From: Candidatus Methanomethylophilaceae archaeon
GTDB lineage: Archaea > Thermoplasmatota > Thermoplasmata > Methanomassiliicoccales > Methanomethylophilaceae
Direction of reading: 5' to 3'
Length of the DNA: 51,067 nucleotides
Assembly (NCBI GenBank): GCA_007117455.1
Contig: SKGM01000023.1
Span: forward strand, 1 to 51,067
Every line of letters begins with the position of its first letter. Position 1 is the first letter of the stretch. Shown one piece after another: positions 45,407 to 51,067 of the stretch. The position numbers and the translations under genes are program-made. The notes beneath the pieces are model-generated. The model was not told where the DNA came from and ran no database searches. It saw only the letters and a list, made by a program, of their open reading frames with translations.

Positions 45407-46944
45407 TCACCTCCGAAGAACCCACGCAGCACCGGGTGCATCTCCATCATCTGCTCACGGCCCATGGCCTCATAGAACTGGATGAGTATGCCCACTGCCA
45501 GTAGCACTCCCGTGCCGGTGGCATTGCCTGTGGTCCCTATCAGATCGGCGCCGGCGGCAAGGCTGCCCACCAATGCCCCCGATATGACCGTCACCACCGG
45601 TATGTACCTCTCCAGGACCCTCTTGAGGACCCGGGGGTCCCGCCGGAATCCGGGTATCTGCATACCACTGCTCTGGATCTGCCTCGCCACCGCCTCGGGA
45701 CCGAGGTTGGTGGTGTTGACCCAGAATTTTGCGAAAAGGATCGACCCCAGTACCATGAATGAGAAGTATATCAGCACCCTCATTACGTTCTGCAATGTTG
45801 TCCGGTCGTTACCGTAGTTACCTGGGTCGAGTATGGGAAGTAACCAATCGTTGAGACCCATGGGTGCCGAGAGGTACCACGCCAGCCCTCCTGATGCTGA
45901 TGTCATGCCCGGCTCGAAGTACCCCAGGGCGGGGTTGCCGCCCAATATCGGCACCTGACTCAGCGTCTCACTGGTGTAGAACAGCAGGGCGAACATGCTG
46001 ATGTTTGCCAGGAGGGCGGCGATTAGGATGACGGGTATCACGCTGGCGTAGATGAGTTTCAATGGATACCTACCACGGGCCCCCCTGGCTGAGCCATGGG
46101 CCAAGGGAAGCTCTATGCGGGAGGATTCGACGTAAGCCACGAAGAAGAAGATCACTATGGTCCCCACCAAAGCGATCAACGGATTTGGCTCCTGCAGTAT
46201 TATCTGTTCGTAACCACCTTGGGACATCTCGGCCAGTGATTGCGAGCTGATCAAGTAGAGGGTCTTGGGTATGGTACCGGCGGGAGGATTGGAAGCACTC
46301 ACCGCGGCGGCGGAATCTATCGGGTACCAATTAAGGGTACCAGTGAACAGAGCCTCGGACACACCAGCGGCTATGAACAACGATACGCCGCTTCCTATAC
46401 CCCATTTCGAGACCACCTCGTCCATGAGGAATACCAGATAGGCGCCGAGACATAGCTGCAACACTATGATGAAGCGCGCCATGGACGTCCCGACGGCGGC
46501 TATGAATTCTTGTGAAGGGACTAGGAAGCCGAACACCTGGGGGACCGCCGTGAATATTATCATGACGATGACCAGGAGCTTCTGGGTCGACTGGAAGACC
46601 GCCTTGTCGCTGCTCTTGGTGAGGTCGAGGTTGATTATCTTCGCACCCACGAAGAGCTGCAGTATGATAGAGGCGGTGACGATCGGTCCGATCCCCAGCT
46701 GCATCAGGGTTCCTGAGGCGCCAGCCATGATGGTGCGGTACTGGGCGAACATGTCCAACGTCTCATCGGTGTCCAGACCGTAGAGATAGACGTTGGTCAT
46801 GACGAAGTACAGCACCAGGATGACCGCTACCCAGATAAGCTTGGTCCGGAAGTGCACATGGCCCTCCGGACGGGTGACCGCCGGTAGACGGTCGGCGTAA
46901 GGCTTTATCTTGTAGAGTGCGCTCTGCTGCTCGGACATTCCCAT
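45403..46944 (-). CDS. secY: Preprotein translocase SecY
   Basis: LGIGPIVTASII.QL, WGIGSGVSLFI, YP.KL.Y, IPGFR. Confidence 0.97.
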   Translation of the reverse strand: MGMSEQQSALYKIKPYADRLPAVTRPEGHVHFRTKLIWVAVILVLYFVMTNVYLYGLDTDETLDMFAQYRTIMAGASGTLMQLGIGPIVTASIILQLFVGAKIINLDLTKSSDKAVFQSTQKLLVIVMIIFTAVPQVFGFLVPSQEFIAAVGTSMARFIIVLQLCLGAYLVFLMDEVVSKWGIGSGVSLFIAAGVSEALFTGTLNWYPIDSAAAVSASNPPAGTIPKTLYLISSQSLAEMSQGGYEQIILQEPNPLIALVGTIVIFFFVAYVESSRIELPLAHGSARGARGRYPLKLIYASVIPVILIAALLANISMFALLFYTSETLSQVPILGGNPALGYFEPGMTSASGGLAWYLSAPMGLNDWLLPILDPGNYGNDRTTLQNVMRVLIYFSFMVLGSILFAKFWVNTTNLGPEAVARQIQSSGMQIPGFRRDPRVLKRVLERYIPVVTVISGALVGSLAAGADLIGTTGNATGTGVLLAVGILIQFYEAMGREQMMEMHPVLRGFFGGD

Positions 46945-46960
46945 CCCTTGTTTTTCTAGA

Positions 46961-47386
46961 TCATTCCGCTACAACGGTACCGCCCAGGGACTCGATCTTC
47001 TCCTTGGCGATGGCCGAGGCCTGGGGAACGGTGACGTCCATGGGGACGTTCACGTTTCCCTCGCCCAGGAGCTTGTCGATGCCCATCTCTTTGAGGTCGA
47101 CCACATAGCGGTCCCCCTCCTGGCGGGCGAAGCCGCCGTCCAGCAGTCGCGACAGGCCCTCCTGGAGCTCGCCTACGTTCATGGTGGTGTTGGCACCGAC
47201 CATGCTCTGGGGCCTCTTGAAGCCCCTCCTGCCGAAATGGTCGCGGTCGTATTTCAACATGCGCAGCCTCTTGTGTTTCAGGAGACCGGCGTTGCCGTGA
47301 CCGCCGATGAGACCCGCACCCCTACCGGCCTTCTTACCGCGGCCGTGGGTCCTGGAGCCTCTTAGTTTCTTGGTCCTGCTTGGCAT
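46961..47386 (-). CDS. rpl15: 50S ribosomal protein uL15
   Basis: RGSRTHGRG..GRGAG..GG.G.AG, KLLG.G. Confidence 0.96.
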   Translation of the reverse strand: MPSRTKKLRGSRTHGRGKKAGRGAGLIGGHGNAGLLKHKRLRMLKYDRDHFGRRGFKRPQSMVGANTTMNVGELQEGLSRLLDGGFARQEGDRYVVDLKEMGIDKLLGEGNVNVPMDVTVPQASAIAKEKIESLGGTVVAE

Positions 47387-47396
47387 TTGTTCACCT

Positions 47397-47855
47397 CTAA
47401 AGCATCCTCATGATGAGGTCGTTGATCGCTTCCCCGCGGTAGCCGAGGGCGCCACCCGAGCGGTAGGCGCGCTTGATGCCCTCATAGCCCTTGACAGGAG
47501 GAGCCAGGCGGAAGACGGGTTTGGCACCCAGCCTGTTCATCTTGGCCTTACCCTCTGCGAGGGCCGAGGCCATCTCCTCCACGGAGGAGTATCCGGACTC
47601 CTTAAGGAAGACGTCGTCTATCTCCTTGTCACCGGCCAGACGGCCACGGCTGCGGATCATCTCCGCAACCGTCTCCGGACTGACCTCGCCCCATGTTATG
47701 TAGTCCTTGGACTTCTGGAGCATACCTATGGTCACATCGTCCTCGGGGACGATGACGCAGTGGTTGACACGGGTCAGGTTGAGCAGCTCCATGGTGCGGG
47801 AGATCTCGTGCCTGACATCCGCCTGTCCACGGACCCTTATCACAGCGAAGGCCAT
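47397..47855 (-). CDS. rpl30: 50S ribosomal protein uL30
   Basis: AVIRVRG, L.L..VN.C, KDYITWGE, FRL.PP..G, GYRG..IN.L..RM. Confidence 0.95.
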   Translation of the reverse strand: MAFAVIRVRGQADVRHEISRTMELLNLTRVNHCVIVPEDDVTIGMLQKSKDYITWGEVSPETVAEMIRSRGRLAGDKEIDDVFLKESGYSSVEEMASALAEGKAKMNRLGAKPVFRLAPPVKGYEGIKRAYRSGGALGYRGEAINDLIMRML

Positions 47856-47857
47856 GC

Positions 47858-48535
47858 TCACTCCTCCATGATGTCCACATCGGTCTCATGCACGTGCACG
47901 GTCACCGGACCGGAGCTTATGCGGAGCCTCTGCTGCTGCTCCTCGGTGATCCTCATCTCGGAGGTTAGGCGGAGCGCCTCGAATGTGGCCAGGGCGTAGT
48001 TGACCTTGGTCTTGGTGTGACCCTTGGCGAATCCCCAGGCATCCTTCACCCCTGCCAGTGTGAGCAGGCTCTTGGCCACGTCACCGGTCGCCAGGGATAT
48101 GCCGCGGGGGGCGGGCTTCAGACTCACACGGACGGAGCCGGAGTCGCCCTTCACCTCGAACGGGAGGGTATGGGGGTTGGCGCATCCGCACTCCCAGGAG
48201 CCGCAGCCCCTCTTGATCTCGATGATGTTCAGCTTGGCGTTGTCGATGGCCTTCCTGATGGAGGGGCCGACCTCCTTGCCCTTGGCCCTGCCGATGCCGA
48301 CGAAACCGTCACCGTTTCCGACGGCGCAGGTCACACCGAACCTGACCCTCCTTCCGGAGTCAGTCATCCTCTGAACCATGTTGAGGTCGATGACCTCGTC
48401 CTGCAGCTCAGGCAGGAGGATGTCCACGATCTCCGGCTCCCGGAGGGGGAGCTTGGTGGCCAGGGCGGCGGACATGGTGGTTATCTCGCCGTCGTAAACC
48501 ATCCTTCCCAGTCTGGTCTTGGGAACCCAATCCAT
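47858..48535 (-). CDS. rps5: 30S ribosomal protein uS5
   Basis: W.PKT.LG, VQRMTDSGRR, RGCGSWEC.C, PAPRG. Confidence 0.96.
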   Translation of the reverse strand: MDWVPKTRLGRMVYDGEITTMSAALATKLPLREPEIVDILLPELQDEVIDLNMVQRMTDSGRRVRFGVTCAVGNGDGFVGIGRAKGKEVGPSIRKAIDNAKLNIIEIKRGCGSWECGCANPHTLPFEVKGDSGSVRVSLKPAPRGISLATGDVAKSLLTLAGVKDAWGFAKGHTKTKVNYALATFEALRLTSEMRITEEQQQRLRISSGPVTVHVHETDVDIMEE

Positions 48536-48536
48536 T

Positions 48537-49037
48537 TCAATCAGCCTCCATCTTCTCGATCAGTGCGTCGAAGGCGGCTTCCATGCCTTCGTCGATGTGC
48601 TGTCCGCGGATGCGTTCCTCGGCGGGCCTGACATCCTCACCATGAGGTATGTCCATGCCCGCATCGACCAGCCCAGCGAGGGCGGAGAAGCATGCCGACC
48701 CTTTTACCGGCTTCTGCCTCCCGATGTCGAGAACCGCGGACTCTATCCCCTCTGCCAGGGCCCTCTTTCCGGCCAGATAGCCGGTTAGGTAGGCGGCGGG
48801 GAGGTTCGAACCGGAGTACTCCCATCCCATCTTCCCCAAGTCCTTGGAGTGAGCGGATGTGAGTATCTGGTCTCCATTCATGTCGAATGCCACCAGCTGC
48901 ACGCTGGTGTGCTTCAGGGAACGACGGACGACGGCCCGGGGGAGGCCTCCTCTGAGGAGCCTCTGTCTTGAGCGGTAGTCCGTCCTGCCCTCCTTCCTGC
49001 GGCGGAAGGGGACCTTGTATCTAGGTCCTTTAGCCAT
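48537..49037 (-). CDS. rpl18: 50S ribosomal protein uL18
   Basis: GPRYKVPFRRRKEGRTDY, N.PAAYLTG, LDIG. Confidence 0.96.
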   Translation of the reverse strand: MAKGPRYKVPFRRRKEGRTDYRSRQRLLRGGLPRAVVRRSLKHTSVQLVAFDMNGDQILTSAHSKDLGKMGWEYSGSNLPAAYLTGYLAGKRALAEGIESAVLDIGRQKPVKGSACFSALAGLVDAGMDIPHGEDVRPAEERIRGQHIDEGMEAAFDALIEKMEAD

Positions 49038-49498
49038 CAGTTATCATCCTCCAGATGTCCTTCGGATACCAGGTGGGAGACCATGTTCCTCCTGCTCTTG
49101 TACATTCCGCCCTTGGCGCGCAGGTAGTACTTGCGGTAGACGGTCGATGTGATCCTGCCGTCATCGCGCAGGGTCTTGAGCTCATCACGCAGTGCGCGTA
49201 TGGTACCCATCCATATCCCTTTGTCGGACAGGCGGGCGTTGCTCGTACCCTTGCGGCTTCCATGGCCCTTGCGGCGTCCCTTGGCCTTCTGCTCCGCGGC
49301 ATGGCGGGCACGGCCCTTGGATATGCCCTTCTTGGGAAGGGCCTTTATGATTCCGGAGTCCACAGCGGTCCTGATGTCGGCGCGGGTTATGCAGTCCGCC
49401 ACCTCTTCGAGGCTGTTGGGGTCTATCCAGATACGGTTCTCACCGCATTTCAGGACATCCGCTGCCATCCTCCTCTGGTTTCTAAGGTCCATTTTCAT
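49037..49498 (-). CDS. rpl19e: 50S ribosomal protein eL19
   Basis: L..QRR.AA..L.CG..RIWIDP, GRR.G.GSRKG, YR..Y..AKGG. Confidence 0.96.
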   Translation of the reverse strand: MKMDLRNQRRMAADVLKCGENRIWIDPNSLEEVADCITRADIRTAVDSGIIKALPKKGISKGRARHAAEQKAKGRRKGHGSRKGTSNARLSDKGIWMGTIRALRDELKTLRDDGRITSTVYRKYYLRAKGGMYKSRRNMVSHLVSEGHLEDDN

Positions 49499-50172
49499 CC
49501 CATCCTGTTGAGGACCCTGATACCGAGCTCCTCGGCCTTGTCCTCGATGTCGATCCTCTTCCTGGTCCCGACCTTACCGGAGACCCTCACGGCCTGGACC
49601 TTGGGGTCCACACCTTCAAGCTCGGCCACGTTGTGCACCAAGACCTCGGAGAATCCCGAGGGGTGAAGCCCGCGGACATCCTTGGGTCCACGGAATCCGA
49701 TCTTGACCAACGAGGGGCGGTGCTTGAATCCACGCCTGAGCTTGGAGTGTATACCCTTCGGCCTCCTCCACTTCTCGCCCAGCTTGCTGTAGCGGAACCA
49801 CTCCTGCCTCTTGAAGGCGGGGCGGCGGGAGGATATGGACCTCCTGACGGCCAATCCCTTGCGGGTGGCGTCATCGAGCTCAGGCTTGGCCTTGGCGACG
49901 TGGAAGCCTTCCTCGGCCTCCTCCTCATCCACGACCTCCACCTCATCTTCCTCCTCCACGACCTCCACCGACTCCACGTCGGCAAGGGCGTCCAACCATT
50001 TCTGGACCGTCTTGGGGCCTACCCCTTTCAGGGTGCTCGTTATGTCCTTGGTGGTGTCCTCGTCCTCCAAGGCCTCCTTGAGGTCCAGAGGGGACTCTAT
50101 GTTCATGTCCTCAAGGAGGGGTATGTACTCCTCTTTGAATCCTGGCAGCTCAGAGAGCTTCTTTATGCTCAT
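49495..50172 (-). CDS. rpl32e: 50S ribosomal protein eL32 with N-terminal HhH-like and acidic extension
   Basis: P.FKRQEW, WRRP.G..SK, RGLHPSG..EVLV.N, GI.VLN. Confidence 0.94.
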   Translation of the reverse strand: MSIKKLSELPGFKEEYIPLLEDMNIESPLDLKEALEDEDTTKDITSTLKGVGPKTVQKWLDALADVESVEVVEEEDEVEVVDEEEAEEGFHVAKAKPELDDATRKGLAVRRSISSRRPAFKRQEWFRYSKLGEKWRRPKGIHSKLRRGFKHRPSLVKIGFRGPKDVRGLHPSGFSEVLVHNVAELEGVDPKVQAVRVSGKVGTRKRIDIEDKAEELGIRVLNRMG

Positions 50173-50720
50173 TCGGAAACCCTCCTTCCCTTCTCAACGA
50201 TGTATATCCCATCCTGGAAGGTCCTGCGGTCGAATCCGCGACGTCGGGTGGCCTTCTCGATGTTGGCCGCGGTCTGGCCGCAGGCCTCACGGTCTATACC
50301 CTCCAACGTGACGTCGGCTCCTTTAACGTTCACCTTTACGCCCTTGGCGATCTTGGCGAAACGTCTGGCCTTACCACCCATGTAGTTGTCTATCATCACC
50401 TGGTCGTCCTTGACGGAGACCTTCATGGGGAAGTGAGAGTAGACGACCTTCATGTTGTAGGTGTATCCATGCTTCACGCCGTACATCATGTTGCGGATGT
50501 GTGACTCATAGGTGCCTATCATGGCCTTCTCCCTGACGCGGGGGAACTCCGAGCGGATGTTGACCTTGTCCTCGGAGACCTCTATGTCGATACGGGGGAA
50601 ACGGAAGGCCCTGGACATCTCTCCTTTGGGGCCCTTCACGGTGACCACGTAACCGTCCTTGGAGACGCTGACGCCTTCCAGTATCGGTATCTCGCTGTCT
50701 ATGATCCCGGTTATTGTCAT
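50169..50720 (-). CDS. rpl6: 50S ribosomal protein uL6
   Basis: V.GPKG, YSHFP, GQTAANIE, D.R.FQDGIYI. Confidence 0.96.
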   Translation of the reverse strand: MTITGIIDSEIPILEGVSVSKDGYVVTVKGPKGEMSRAFRFPRIDIEVSEDKVNIRSEFPRVREKAMIGTYESHIRNMMYGVKHGYTYNMKVVYSHFPMKVSVKDDQVMIDNYMGGKARRFAKIAKGVKVNVKGADVTLEGIDREACGQTAANIEKATRRRGFDRRTFQDGIYIVEKGRRVSE

Positions 50721-50729
50721 CTCCTCACC

Positions 50730-51067
50730 TCAATACACATAGGCAAGCAACTTGCCTCCCAGTCCCAGGTCCTTGGCCTGGGCATGGGTTATGACGCCCT
50801 CAGTCGTCGTCAGAATGAGGACGCCGAAGTCCTGGGCCGGCAGATACCTGGCCTCGAACTTCTCCAATTCATTCCTCTTCACCGAGTAACGCGGTTTTAT
50901 GACGCCACAGTTGTTTATGGCGCCCTTCATCATCACCCGGAACTGGCCGGCCTTACCATCCTCGATGTACTCGAACTGGTTGATATAGCCGTGGTCCTGC
51001 ATGACCTTCAACACGCGGCCGATGAGCTTGGACGACGGCTTGATATAACATTCGTTCTTGCCCACCG
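50730..51067 (-). CDS. rps8: 30S ribosomal protein uS8 (5' end outside window)
   Basis: SKLI..VL, IN.CG.IKPR, LPA..FG..I.TT..G, GG.LLAYVY. Confidence 0.95.
   Translation of the reverse strand, partial: VGKNECYIKPSSKLIGRVLKVMQDHGYINQFEYIEDGKAGQFRVMMKGAINNCGVIKPRYSVKRNELEKFEARYLPAQDFGVLILTTTEGVITHAQAKDLGLGGKLLAYVY

Noticed and set aside
1..51067. CRISPR arrays, IS elements, integrases, provirus, rRNA genes
   Set aside because: No spaced repeats, transposase/integrase motifs or rRNA signatures recognised by eye; weak signals could be missed without tools.

Overview
Archaeal core-genome window. Gene content points to a Thermoplasmata methanogen of the order Methanomassiliicoccales (inference): a long hdrA with mvhDGA, a corrinoid/MtaA-type methyltransferase operon, and Thermoplasmata-like ribosomal operons. 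Left to right: a structured, promoter-driven minus-strand leader running off the left edge; tRNA-Ser(GCT); an ORF-poor AT-richer gap; rps8e/srp19/nnr; hdrA-mvhDGA; a membrane-anchored C4HC3 RING-like/zinc-ribbon gene in front of the pop5-psmA-SBDS-exosome-rpl37ae-rpo12-pcc1-pfdB superoperon; ABC transporter, DHH, tyrS, purine salvage; a RadA-like/small protein/PolB2 cassette; a 7-gene corrinoid methyltransferase operon with no recognisable substrate-specific methyltransferase or RamA activator; two tandem REC-GAF-PAS-kinase paralogs with complementary loss of catalytic residues; and the distal spc operon (S8 to cbf5/truB). Best candidates for undescribed biology are the orphan methyltransfer operon with its neighbouring kinase/pseudokinase pair, the RING-like membrane protein beside the proteasome genes, and the amphipathic-helix/linker extension on MvhG. 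No CRISPR array, transposase or integrase was seen. All family calls come from motif recognition, not database searches.
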